Below are positions 50,711-64,000 of a DNA stretch of 64,000 bases, piece by piece (within the stretch, counting starts at the first letter, position 1; the number at the start of each line of letters is the position of its first letter). A program made the translations under genes and the position numbers. The DNA lies in assembly GCA_000004695.1 (NCBI GenBank), contig CM000150.2, positions 1,152,001 to 1,216,000 on the forward strand, written 5' to 3'. The notes beneath the pieces were generated by a model. It was not told the origin of the DNA. It worked only from the letters and a program-made list of their open reading frames with translations, and did not search any database. This DNA comes from Dictyostelium discoideum (Eukaryota).

Positions 50711-53700
50711 ATGACAGGACACACAGGAGATGTTTCACAAGTTCACGATATTGAGATTTTAGCATTAAATCCAACTGTAAATAAACATGCCACTTTTAAA
50801 CCAACCATTGTATCAAAAAAAGATAAAGAAAATTGGGCAAGACTTGACCATTGTAAAAAAGTATGTAATAACTATTTAATGTTTTTTTTTTTTTTTTTTC
50901 AAATTTTTTTTTTTTTTTTTTGAATCTCTATTTTTTAAAAATCTAAAAATAAAATCATAAAAAAAAAAAAAACATAATCTAACTTTTTATTTTTTAAATA
51001 AAGGGATGTGAATTAAAAAATGATTTTGAAGATGTTAAACCAACAACATTAACAGAGAGAGGAGCATTATTTGAATCAGCAAGATGTTTAAAATGTGCAG
51101 ATGCACCATGTCAAAAAGGATGTCCAACTCAATTGGATATTAAATCATTTATTAGTTCAATTTCAACCAAAAACTATTATGGAGCAGCAAAGACAATTTT
51201 CTCTGATAATCCATTAGGTTTAACATGTGGTATGGTTTGTCCAGTTAGTTCATTATGTCAATATGGTTGTAATTTAGCAGCAACAGAAGAGGGACCAATC
51301 AATATTGGTGGTCTTCAACAATTTGCCACTGAAGTATTCAAAAAGATGAATATTCCACAAATTCGTGATCCATCCTTAACACCATTGAGTCAATTACCAG
51401 AGAGTTATAAAGCAAAGATTGCTTTGATTGGTTGTGGTCCAACCTCAATTAGTTGTGCAACATTTTTAGGTCGTTTAGGTTACACAGATGTCACCATCTT
51501 TGAAAAGGAACAATACTTGGGTGGTCTTAGCAGTAGTGAAATTCCAAACTATCGTCTCAATTATGAAGTGGTTGAATTTGAAATCAAGTTAATGAAAGAT
51601 TTAGGTGTAAAAGTTGAATATGGTAAACGTTTAGGTGAGAATGGCTTCACCGTTGAATCATTACAAAAACAAGGTTATGAAGCCATTTACTTGGGTATTG
51701 GTATGCCTGAACCAAAGATTGATCCAGTCTTTAACGAGTTGACAAGTGATCAAGGTTTTTTCAGTAGTAAAGAGTTCTTACCAAAAGTTAGCAAAGCCTC
51801 AAAGGCTGGTATGTGCGGTTGTAAATCACAATTACCACAACTCAATGGTAGAGTTATTGTATTGGGTGCTGGTGATACCGCTTTCGATTGTGCTACCTCT
51901 GCTTTCCGTTGCGGTGCATCACGTGTTACCGTTTGTTTCCGTCGTGGTTTCTCTGATATGAGAGCCGTTCCTGAAGAAGTTGACATTGCCAAGGATGAAC
52001 GTTGTGAGTTCCTTCCATACGTTTTACCAAAACAAGTCATTAAACGTGATGGAAAAGTTGTAGCTATGGAATTCTATAAAACTGAAAAAGGTGATGATGG
52101 TAATTACTCTGTAGACGAAGATCAATTCTTCCGTGTAAAATGTGATTATATCATCTCTGCTTTTGGTAGTCAAATTGGTAGTGTCGCTGAATCTTGTTCA
52201 CCATTACAATTCAATAAATGGGGTACTGCAGACATTGACCCAATGACAATGACAAGTAAACATGCCGAATGGTTATTCTGTGGTGGTGATTTAGTTGGTA
52301 ATGGTACAACCGTAGAAGCTGTAAATGATGGTAAAACCGCCTCTTGGAATATTCATAAATATTTACAATCACTCCATGGTATTCCAATTCCAGATGGTCC
52401 ACCACAATTACCAAATTTCTTTACACCAATTGATCTTGTGGATATTAGTGTTGAAATGTGTGGTATGAAATTCCCAAACCCATTTGGTTTAGCATCTGCA
52501 ACACCAGCCACCAGTGCCGCTATGATTAGACGTTCATTTGAACAAGGTTGGGGTTTCGCTGTCACCAAGACTTTCTCATTGGATAAAGATCTCGTTACCA
52601 ATGTTTCACCAAGAATTGTTAGAGGTACCACTAGTGGTCATCATTTTGGTCCAGGTCAAGGTGCTTTCCTTAACATTGAACTTATCTCTGAAAAAACTTG
52701 TCACTATTGGTGTAAAGCTATCGGAGAATTAAAGAGAGATTTCCCAGATCGTATTGTTATCGCTTCAATTATGTGTGGTTTCAACAAAGAAGATTGGACT
52801 CAATTGGCTAAAATGGCTGAAGCATCTGGTGCCGATGGTATTGAACTCAATCTTTCTTGTCCACATGGTATGGGTGAAAAAGGTATGGGTTTGGCATGTG
52901 GTCAAGATACTGAATTGGTTTTCCATATTTGTCAATGGGTTAGAGCCGCCACTAGATTACCATTCTTTGCAAAATTAACTCCAAATGTAACTGAAATTAA
53001 AGAGATCGCCAAAGCTGCACATGATGGTGGTGCCGATGGTGTTACCGCTATCAATACCGTCTCTGGTTTAATGGGATTAAAAGGTGATAGTAACGCTTGG
53101 CCAGCAATTGGTGATGAGAAACGTACAACATACGGTGGTGTTTCAGGTAATGCTACTCGTCCAATTGCTTTACGTGCAGTTTCTTCCATTAGAAAATCTT
53201 TACCAGATTATCCAATTATGGCAACTGGTGGTGCTGATTCTGCTGATGCCACTATTCAATTCCTCCATTGTGGTGCTTCAGTAGTTCAAATTTGTTCATC
53301 CGTTCAAAATCAAGATTTCACCGTCGTTCAAGATTATATCACTGGTCTTAAGACTTATCTTTACATGCAATCTCGTGAAGATTTATTGCAATGGGATGGT
53401 CAATCACCACCAAATGAAATCATAAACAAAAATCCAAAATTAAAAGGTTTACCAAAATTCGGTAAATATCTTTTAGAACGTAATAGAATCGATACTGAAG
53501 AGAAACAAAACATTGATTTACAAAAAGTTAAGAATCCATTAGTACCATCACCAAATCCAACTCATCCAGTTCCATCTCTCAAAGATCAAATTAATCGTGC
53601 AATCCCAAGAATTGGTCGTCATGATGATCTTAAACGTGATCAACAAGTAGTTGCTCTTATCGATGAAGATAAATGTATCAATTGTGGTAAATGTTATATG

Positions 53701-53883
53701 ACTTGTAATGATTCTGGTTATCAAGCTATTAAATTCGATGGTAAAACTCATATTCCATTAGTCACTGATTTATGTACTGGTTGTGATTTATGTTTATCAG
53801 TTTGTCCAGTACCAGATTGCATTACAATGGTACCACGTGAAACAATTTATGTACCAGATAGAGGTTTAACTGTCCAAAATTAA
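50711..53883 (+). CDS. pyd1: dihydropyrimidine dehydrogenase [NADP+] (DPD), 2 exons, 1009 aa
   Basis: Exons 50711..50860 (donor gtatgt) and 51004..53883. Collinear with human DPYD: ILALNP; [63 protein letters not shown]; [16 protein letters not shown]; [30 protein letters not shown]; and C-terminal 4Fe-4S motifs [13 protein letters not shown] and [13 protein letters not shown]. Confidence 0.9.
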
Positions 53884-53910
53884 ATAAAAAAAAATAAAAA
53901 AAAAATAAAA

Positions 53911-53950
<40 letters not shown>

Positions 53951-54189
53951 ATTTTTTATTCTAACTACCTTTTAATTATCTTTTAAAAATATTAAATTAA
54001 AATAATAACAAATTATTTTAAAAAATTAAACAAATTTAATTTTTTAATAACTTCAACTTTATTATATTTGGAAATTAATTTAATAATACCCTGCATTTGA
54101 TAGAGTTCCTATTATTAAAAAAATAAAAAAATAATGTTAAGAAAAAAAAAAAAAAAAAACACTTTTAAATTTTATATTATAATAGTCTC

Positions 54190-54733
54190 TTAATAAATAC
54201 TTGAAAAATTATCAACAATTAAATTTGCATTCTCTTTTGATAATGTATTAATATCAAACCAAAAAACTAGAAATAAATTATTTGTTTTTAATATTATAAT
54301 TCTTTTATTTAAACACTCTCCAAATAATTTATTTTCATCATCTTTTGTAATTAAAAATTTTAAATCTATTTTTATATGAAATTGAATAGTTAGTTTATAT
54401 ATATTTAAAAATAAAAAAAATAAAAAAATTAGGAGAGTTACCTTTAATAGAAATATAATTTACTAAATCCTTTTCTGATTCTTTAAAATAATTTACAATC
54501 TCAGACTCTTCAATTACATCTATATAATATGATCCATAATAATATAAATTTTTACCTTGAAGATTTAAGATTTGGCAACCTAAAAAACCATTTTTTATAA
54601 TTTTATTTTCTTTTTTTTAATTATACATATATTTTTTTTAATTAATAATATTTAATTATAAAAATAAATATTATTTATTTTTCATACCAATTAAATTTTC
54701 CCATGTGCTTTTATTTTCATTTTGTTCATTCAT
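54190..54733 (-). CDS. small 3-exon gene (119 aa), possibly a divergent profilin
   Basis: Not in the ORF track because the exons are short. Exons 54688..54733 (donor gtatga), 54442..54579 (donor gtaact), 54190..54365; 360 nt in total. Protein: MNEQNENKSTWENLIGCQILNLQGKNLYYYGSYYIDVIEESEIVNYFKESEKDLVNYISIKDLKFLITKDDENKLFGECLNKRIIILKTNNLFLVFWFDINTLSKENANLIVDNFSSIY. The W near the N-terminus, G-x-x-I-x-K-T-x-x-L-x-x and the ...LIVDNF..Y tail loosely follow the profilin pattern (SWQ..; GGIxIKKTxQALV; VxxLxDYL). Confidence 0.4.
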
Positions 54734-55241
54734 TTTTTATACCTCGTCTGGACAATTATTTTCAAAATTTTGTAGATCTAATATTGAATATACTTTTATA
54801 AAAAATAAATAAAAAATAAAAAAAAAGAAATTAAATAAAAAATTAAAAAATTATTAATATTTGGGGGTTGTTATAATTTTTATTTTTGTTATTATTATTT
54901 TTATTTTGGGGTTTTTTTTTTTTGGTATTGCTCAAAAACACCAAAAAACAATTTAAAAATTTACAGATCATTTTTAATTTATCAATTTTATTTTTATTTT
55001 ATTTATATTATTTTATTTATAAAATAAAAAAAAATGAAAATTTGATTTTTGATAGTGGTAAAATTTATTAAATTTTCATTTTTTTTATTTTTACTAAAAA
55101 AAAAAAGAAAAAAAAAAAAAAAATTGAAAAAAAAATTTTTAGGACGCATGTTGATCAATGGGTAAATATTAATTTCTAGTAATAGATTTTAATATATTAA
55201 TATTAAGTCAATAAACTAACAAACTCACTGAATACTTTTAA

Positions 55242-57051
<1,810 letters not shown>

Positions 57052-57439
57052 AAATTTAGAGAAATTAAAATAAAATTTAATTTATTTTTTTATCTTTATC
57101 TTTTTCTTTTTCTTTATCTTTTTTTTGGAACTACTTTGCAGAAGATACATCATTATTATTATTATTATTATTATTATTAAAAAAAATATCCAAACGAATC
57201 AAATGAACCAGATGAAGCAAACAGGCCAGATGAACCAGAAGAATTAGATGAGGCAGGGATATAGATAGTCTATTTATAAATATATCATCAATTAATTCAA
57301 TCAATAAATTTAATGTAGTTTTAAAATTAAAATCATTCACGGACTCTCGAAATTAAGTTTGTATAAAAAATAGTAATGATTTCAATTTCGAGATTTTTAT
57401 TATTGGATTTCATTTTATTTTACACTCTAATGCTGAAAC

Positions 57440-57660
57440 TATACGATAAATCAACAAACAAACACACTAATTACTTTTAAAAAGTTGAAAATAAATATAT
57501 TGATAAAATTAAAACTTTAGAAAATAAAGAATCACCAAAAACACTTTTAGAATTAATTACTGTTTTAAGGATTTATGATAAGTATAGAGATGATGAATCA
57601 ATTAGAATTTTAACTGCGATCTATTTCTGGCGTTACCACATTGATAAATATCTTCATTAG
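57440..57660 (+). pseudogene. truncated 5' fragment of the F-box-like gene (leader + exon-1 part, ending in TAG) followed by an A-rich filler
   Basis: The sequence ...ENKESPKTLLELITVLRIYDKYRDDESIRILTAIYFWRYHIDKYLH* aligns with copy B exon 1 and then breaks off. Confidence 0.45.
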
Positions 57661-57848
57661 GAAAAAAAAAAGAAAAAAAAAAAATAAAAGAAAAAAAAAA
57701 GAAAAAAAAAAAAAATTAAAAAAAAAATTGAAAAAAAAAAATTTTATTTTTATAATTCCTTAAAAATGTGTAAATATTAATTTCTAATAATAGATTTTGA
57801 TATATTAATATTAAATCAATAAACTAACAAACACACAAATTATTTTAA

Positions 57849-58464
57849 AAAGTTGAAAATAAATATATAGATAAAATCAATACTTTAGCATATAAAGAAT
57901 CACCAAAAACACTTTTAGAATTAATTACTATTTTAAGGATTTATGATAAGTATAGAGATGATGAATCAATTAGAATTTTAACTGCGATCTATTTCTGGCG
58001 TTACCACATTGATAAATATCTTCATTATGTGGATAAAAAAGGTCACACTGATTTCATTTTAAATTGTTTCTTTGATGATTCAAAAAATGTTTTTAAAGAA
58101 TTAAGTGGATATACCCCTCTTAATTCAAGTTATTATAGATTTAAACTTTATCAGAAAATTATTAACGATCAAAGGGTATGTCTTTACTTATTTATTATTA
58201 ATATTAATACTACTTTATATTAATCAACCTTGTCAAAATTAAAAACATATTTAGTTAAAAGAATATTTTGAAAATAAATCTAGTAAATTAAAAGAAAAGT
58301 TGGATCTTTGTAAAAATTATTTTCTTTGGTCTATAAAATTTCGAGGCGAATATGATTTCACTCGTTTACATAGTATCATTTATGACGGAAAATCCGATGA
58401 AATTTTAAGATATCCAATTTCAGGAAAATATAATGATGGTTCATTTAATGAAAAGTATTTTAAA

Positions 58465-58502
<38 letters not shown>

Positions 58503-59364
58503 TTATAAAACATTCATTCTATCAGATGTAATAATTGAAAAGGTAATTAGAGATTCATTATGTTATATTGATGATAGAATGGATAAAGTAATTATAAATG
58601 ATAATTTATTATCATATGGATTAGTATGTAAACAATTCTTTAAAGTATTATCAAGAATATTAAATAATGAATATTTTGAATGGAAGAAATCAATTATACA
58701 ATTTAATAACGATAGTGAATTCAGTTTAATTAAACAACCACCATTATATTTCGATTATCAATCAATCAGATTAATACCATATTCAAGTAGTATTGAATAT
58801 GTGAAATTATTATTCTCAAGAGTCCAATCATTTTATATTAAAACCGATGAATATGATTCTGTGAACAAAGACATGAAAAGAGGATATAGAATAATTCCTG
58901 ATGAATTACCTGATTATACCAGTGATAATTATATGGAAAAAGACACATTTCGAAGAAATATTAAATCACCTGGATATTTAGTTTATCCACCACCAATGCC
59001 TTCATTAGAAAGTATCACTATTGATAAATATTATGGACTCGAATCAAATTATGCACATTTAATTAAACATATCTTAATAAAATATTTCAAAGATTTTAAA
59101 ACTTCAAAACTCAACATCAACGATAGATTTGGTATTAAAAGATTTTCAATCAATATTCAAGAGTATCGTAAATATTTAAATGATAAATCAAATATTAAAT
59201 TCATTAAGCAAGTATTAGAATATCATTCAAATTCATTAGAAAAAGTTGAAATTGATTGTTCAAATACCCAATATATATGTCTAAACCAATTAGAATCTTT
59301 AAAATCATTAATCGATAATCAATCAAATAATAAAATATATTGGTCCATATCAACTAAAAATATC

Positions 59365-59439
<75 letters not shown>

Positions 59440-59808
59440 TACCAACATGCAAAAAACCGAAGTGAAAGTAAAAGAGAAAGTGAAAATGAAAATGAAAATG
59501 AAAATGAAAATGAAAATGAAAATGAAAATGAAAATGAAAATGAAAATGAAAATGAAAATGAAAATGAAAATGAAAATGAAAATGAAAATGAAAATGAAAA
59601 TGAAAATGAAAATGGGAATGAAAGTGATAGTGAAAGTGATAGTGAAAGTGATAGTGATAATGAAAATGATGCAAAATATCTTAGTTTTAGTGAAAATGAA
59701 AATGAAAATGAAAATGAAAATGAAAATGAAAATGAAAATGAAAATGAAAATGAAAATGAAAGATATGAAAGTGATAGTGAAAGTGATAGCTATTCTTTCA
59801 GCCTTTAA
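57849..59808 (+). CDS. F-box-like protein, tandem paralog B (5' start unresolved)
   Basis: Exon 57849..58175 (donor gtatgt) and exon 58255..59808. Same architecture as copy A, with a longer (EN)n/(SD)n tail. About 85-90% identical to copy A at the protein level, with in-frame indels. Confidence 0.5.
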
Positions 59809-59905
59809 AAATTAAGAGAAATTAAAATAAAATTTTTTTTTTTTTATTTTTATAATATTGTTTGTTATTCCTTTAATTTAATAAATTATTATTATTTCAT
59901 TATTG

Positions 59906-59937
<32 letters not shown>

Positions 59938-60384
59938 TTGCAATATCCTTTTTTGAGTCAACAAAAATTAAAAAAAAAAAATAGGCTCTATCAAGACCAA
60001 TTGAATTTTCTTTTTTTTTTTTTAAAAAATTTCAAATTTTAAATTTGGAAAAAATTATATTAAATTAACATTTTTGGAAATAAAATAAATAAAAAAAATA
60101 AAAAAAAGATGAAAAAATTTAAAATAACAAACCTATATTAAAAAAAAATAAATTAGGACCATTTAAAAAAAAAAAGATGATAAAATTTAAAAAAAAAAAA
60201 ATAAAAGATTTATAAATCTGTAGATTTAATGGAAATATGATTTATTTTAGTTTTTTTTTTTTCCTGGGTCAATCTTAAATTCCAAAGAAGTTTTTATATA
60301 GAAAATGTTGGAAAAAAAAAAAGAAAAAAAAAAAAAAAAAAAAAAAGAAAAAAAAATTTGGAAAAAAAAAAATTATTTTTATAG

Positions 60385-61064
60385 AATTCCCTAAAAATGT
60401 GTAAATATTAATTTCTAACAATAGATTTTAATTTTTTAATAAGCTAACAAACACACAAATTATTTTTTAAAAGTTGAAAATAAATATATAGATAAAATCA
60501 ATACTTTAGCATTTAAAGAATCTCCCAAAACACTTTTAGAACTAATTACTATTTTAAGGATTTATGATAAGTATAGAGATGATGAATCAATTAGAATTTT
60601 TACTGCAGAATATTTCACGCGTTACCACAGTGATAAATATCTTCATTATGTGGATAAAAAAGGTCACACTGATTTCATTTTAAATTGTTTCTTTGATGAT
60701 TCAAAAGAAGTTTTTACAGAAATGAGTGGATATAAACCTTAATTCAAGTTATTGTAGATTTAAAATTTATAAGGGAATTGTTAAAGATCAAAGGGTATGT
60801 CTTTACTTATTTATTATTAATATTAATACTACTTTATATTAATATTAATCAAACTTTTCAAAAAATTAAAAACCAATTTAGTTAAAAGAATATTTTGAAA
60901 ATAATTCGAGTGAATTAAAAAGATTCATTATGTTATATTGATGATAGAATGGATAAAGTAATTATAAATGATAATTTATTATCATATGGATTAGTATGTA
61001 AACAATTCTTTAAAGTATTATCAAAAATATTAAATAATGAATATTTTGAATGGAAGAAATCAAT

Positions 61065-61141
<77 letters not shown>

Positions 61142-61882
61142 AATCAATTATACAATTTAATAACGATAGTGAATTCAGTTTAATTAAACAACCACCATTA
61201 TATTTCGATTATCAATCAATCAGATTAATACCATATTCAAGTAGTATTGAATATGTGAAATTATTATTCTCAAGAGTTGAATCATTTTATATTAGAACTG
61301 ATGAATATGATTCTGGAAGCTATGACACGAAAAGAGAATATAAAATAATTCCTAATGAAGTACCTGGTTATACTAGTGATAATTATTATGAAGAACACAT
61401 GTATCTAGTAAGTATTAGATCACCTGGATATTTAGTTTATCCACCACCAATGCCTTCATTAGAAAGTATCCTATTGATAAATATTATGGACTCGAATCAA
61501 ATTAAGCCCATTTAATTAAACATATTTTTAATAAAATATTTCAAAGATTTTAAAACTTCAAAACTCAACATCAACGATAGATTTGGTATTAAAAGATTTC
61601 AATCAATATTCAAGAGTATCATAAATATTTAAATGATAAATCAAATATTAAATTCATTAAGCAAGTATTAGAATATCATTCAAATTCATTAGAAAAAGTT
61701 GAAATTGATTTTTCAAATACGAAATGTACATATCCAAATATGAAATATATATGTCCAAACCAATTAGAATCTTTAAAATCATTAATCAATAAGCAATCAA
61801 ATAATAAAATAAATTGGTCCTTGTCAATTAAAAATCAAAAACGACCAAAATATACAAAATATACAATATCTTGGTTTTAGTG

Positions 61883-61919
<37 letters not shown>

Positions 61920-61990
61920 AAATGAAAGTGATAATGAAAGTGATAGTGAAAGTGATAGCTATTCCTTCAGCCTTTAAAAATTTAGAGAAA
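60385..61990 (+). pseudogene. F-box-like paralog C, degenerate
   Basis: Relative to copy B: a 2-nt deletion (ACCCCTCTTAATTC to AAACCTTAATTC) gives a stop after SGYKP; about 330 bp is lost inside exon 2 (60925-60935); an in-frame (ATA)n expansion lies at 61070-61140; a 1-nt deletion at about 61468 (ATCACTATTG to ATCCTATTG) shifts the frame. Confidence 0.6.
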
Positions 61991-62002
61991 TTAAAATAAA
62001 AT

Positions 62003-63864
62003 CTAATTTATTTTTTTTTTTTTATCCTTATCTTTTTCCCTATCTTTTTTTGAAACTACTTTTGCAGAAGATACAACATTACCATTATTATTATTATTAT
62101 TATTAGTATTACTATTATTAGTATTACTTGTTGATTTTGTACTTGTATATAATGGTGAATCTTTAATTGAAGCGATAATTAAATCGATTTGGCTATTTGG
62201 CAAATTATGTTGTTGTGCTATTTCTGTGATGAAATTTTTAACTTGATCAGAGGATACAGAAAAGTAAATCATATTCTGACCGAAATAAGCTAATAAATTA
62301 TTGACAATCTCTTTATCCAATGTATCAGGAATATTACCATAAATTTTACGATGACGTTTTGAAAGTTCACTCCAATAATATTCAGACCAAAATGCAGATT
62401 CTTTGAAAATGTTTGCAGAACGAATATAATCTTTCAAAAATTCAGATTGCCCAGTCTTTGGATTGATTCTATATAATAGATCTGAAGAATTGAATAAAAT
62501 CTTTGCAGCTTCAATATCATTATCTTTAGATAAATTCATCTCTTGTAATGCACAACTAATTAAGAATAATAAAAACTCGAAACTACTTTCATTCATTTGT
62601 AATGATGGTACTTTTTTTAATGTCATTTTTAAAATTTGTGAAAATCTACGACGTCCCAATTCACTATTAAATAAATCTTTTAATGAATTTACTTGATAGA
62701 ATTCAATTGGTTTTGAGTAAAGTATAGTTGCTAAATGAACTAATGTTGCATCGACAAGTGTTGTTAAATCAACTGCATCTGGTTTTAATGTATTAAATCT
62801 CTTTCTACCAACTATAACTTGTTGACTATTTCTATTATTACCACCACCACTAGCACTTACGACTTGATTTGAAGCAACAACACGTTTTGGTCTACTATTA
62901 ATTGACTGAATCTTTTCATTTAATAATGTTATTTGTGAATCTTTTGCTTTGGTTTTACAAATTTCTTCATTCAATTTAATTTCTAATGATTTAACTTTTT
63001 CTCTTAATGATTCCAATTCTTTATTTGTAATGGTTGTAGTATTTGTTGAATTATTACCAATTGGTCTTGAAAACGATGAATATGATTCTGAACTAGTGTT
63101 TGAATTTGCTGATTTTAATTCTGCACTTAATAAAAACTCACCTTTTTTAATAGATGTTGATGATGATGATGATGATGATGATGTTGATGACTCTCTTGCT
63201 TTCTTTAAATCTTGATCTTTTTGATTTAATAAAAATTGTTGATTATCAATAGTTTGTTTTTGTTGTTTCTTTTCTTTTTCAAAGATTTCTTTATCAACTT
63301 TAATTTGTTGATTTAATTTTGCGATAACTTCTTCTTGTTGTTTCATTGTTGCAATTAATGTTTTAATTTTTTCATTTTCATTCATTGTTGTTGTAGTTGA
63401 TATTGAAACTAATGGTGGTGATGCTGTTGCTGTTGGTAATGGTGGTGTTGTTACAGTAGTGGTAGTAGTATTATTATTGGAAGGTGGTGAAGTTATAGTT
63501 ATTGAAGATCTTGAAGTTATAGGTGGTTTATTAAATGTACTTGTATTTGGAGTTGATGAATTCTCTTTAACTAATAATTCACCACATGAACTACAATATT
63601 TAATGGTTTTAGTTGTTGTAATATTACATCTTGTACATTTACTTAAAATTGTACCTGGTGATGTATTGGATGCAGAAGAACTTGGAATAGCTAAAGTTGA
63701 AGAAGCTCCTGATTTATTATTATATGATGCTATTGTTTGAAAAACACCAGAATTTCTATTACTTTTATTAATAAATGATGATGATGATGAAGTTGGTTGT
63801 GTAGAATTTGAAGATACTGTTGAAGTTGATTGAATATTAATACCAGATACAGAAGGTGGTGCAC

Positions 63865-63916
<52 letters not shown>

Positions 63917-64000
63917 TGAAGTTAATAATATTAAATTTGAATTTGTTTTATTAATTGATGAAATTATACTATCTTTTGATGCTAATTGAACTTTTTGAGT
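62003..64000 (-). CDS. coiled-coil protein with RanBP2-like C4 zinc ribbon and conserved C-terminal globular domain; 5' end lies beyond the window
   Basis: The minus-strand ORF is open from the window edge to the stop at 62003, with no stop between 63386 and 64000. S/T/N-rich N-region; CTRCNITTTKTIKYCSSC (C-x2-C-x10-C-x2-C); coiled coil (KIKTLIATMKQQEEVIAKLNQQIKVDKEIFEKEKKQQ...); C-terminal domain ...FEFLLFLISCALQEM...SAFWSEYYWSELSKRHRKIYGNI.... Family not recognised. Confidence 0.55.

Noticed and set aside
51746-53284. Nine short ORFs in other frames or on the other strand within the pyd1 coding region (51746..51961, 51750..52040-, 52211..52414-, 52353..52631-, 52538..52732, 52754..52978, 52932..53189-, 53084..53284, 53548..53751-).
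   Set aside because: pyd1 is more GC-balanced than the rest of the window, so spurious ORFs arise in off-frames. The DPD frame is continuous and homologous throughout.

Overview
The window is AT-rich (~75-80% A+T) eukaryotic DNA with short GT..AG introns, (AAT)n/(CAA)n microsatellites and poly-N/poly-Q coding tracts. This composition and gene structure fit Dictyostelium discoideum or a close dictyostelid, not a prokaryote. CRISPR arrays, operons, tRNAs and rRNAs were searched for and not found. I hand-spliced about 27 protein-coding genes from the ORF track; every model has donor GT and acceptor AG, and all summed exon lengths are multiples of 3. Confident calls by conserved motifs are Rab24, a GRAM+VASt lipid-transfer protein, ubiquilin, WASH-complex CCDC53, coatomer epsilon, a PDI-family thioredoxin, a Bin3/MePCE methyltransferase, Abi, an FHA+bromodomain protein, a DENN protein, COG4, the Fused-kinase homolog Tsunami (TsuA, 2247 aa) and dihydropyrimidine dehydrogenase. 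Less certain are an HssA-like small protein, a CRT-like membrane protein, a secreted Cys-rich repeat protein, a profilin-like 3-exon gene missed by the ORF track, and several hypothetical proteins. The most unusual locus is a tandem triplication at 55.1-62.0 kb of an F-box-like gene with acidic (EN)n tails: two intact-looking copies, one decayed copy, a truncated 5' fragment and a relic of the convergent neighbour's 3' end. Other leads are a palindromic tandem motif in the copE/CCDC53 divergent promoter, a GC-rich structured island upstream of the first large gene that may be a small ncRNA, and a 2-kb compositionally atypical gene-free island that may be transposon debris. I found no defence-system-like or otherwise exotic module; the findings are eukaryotic gene-family and regulatory curiosities. 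All family assignments come from recalled motifs, not database searches.
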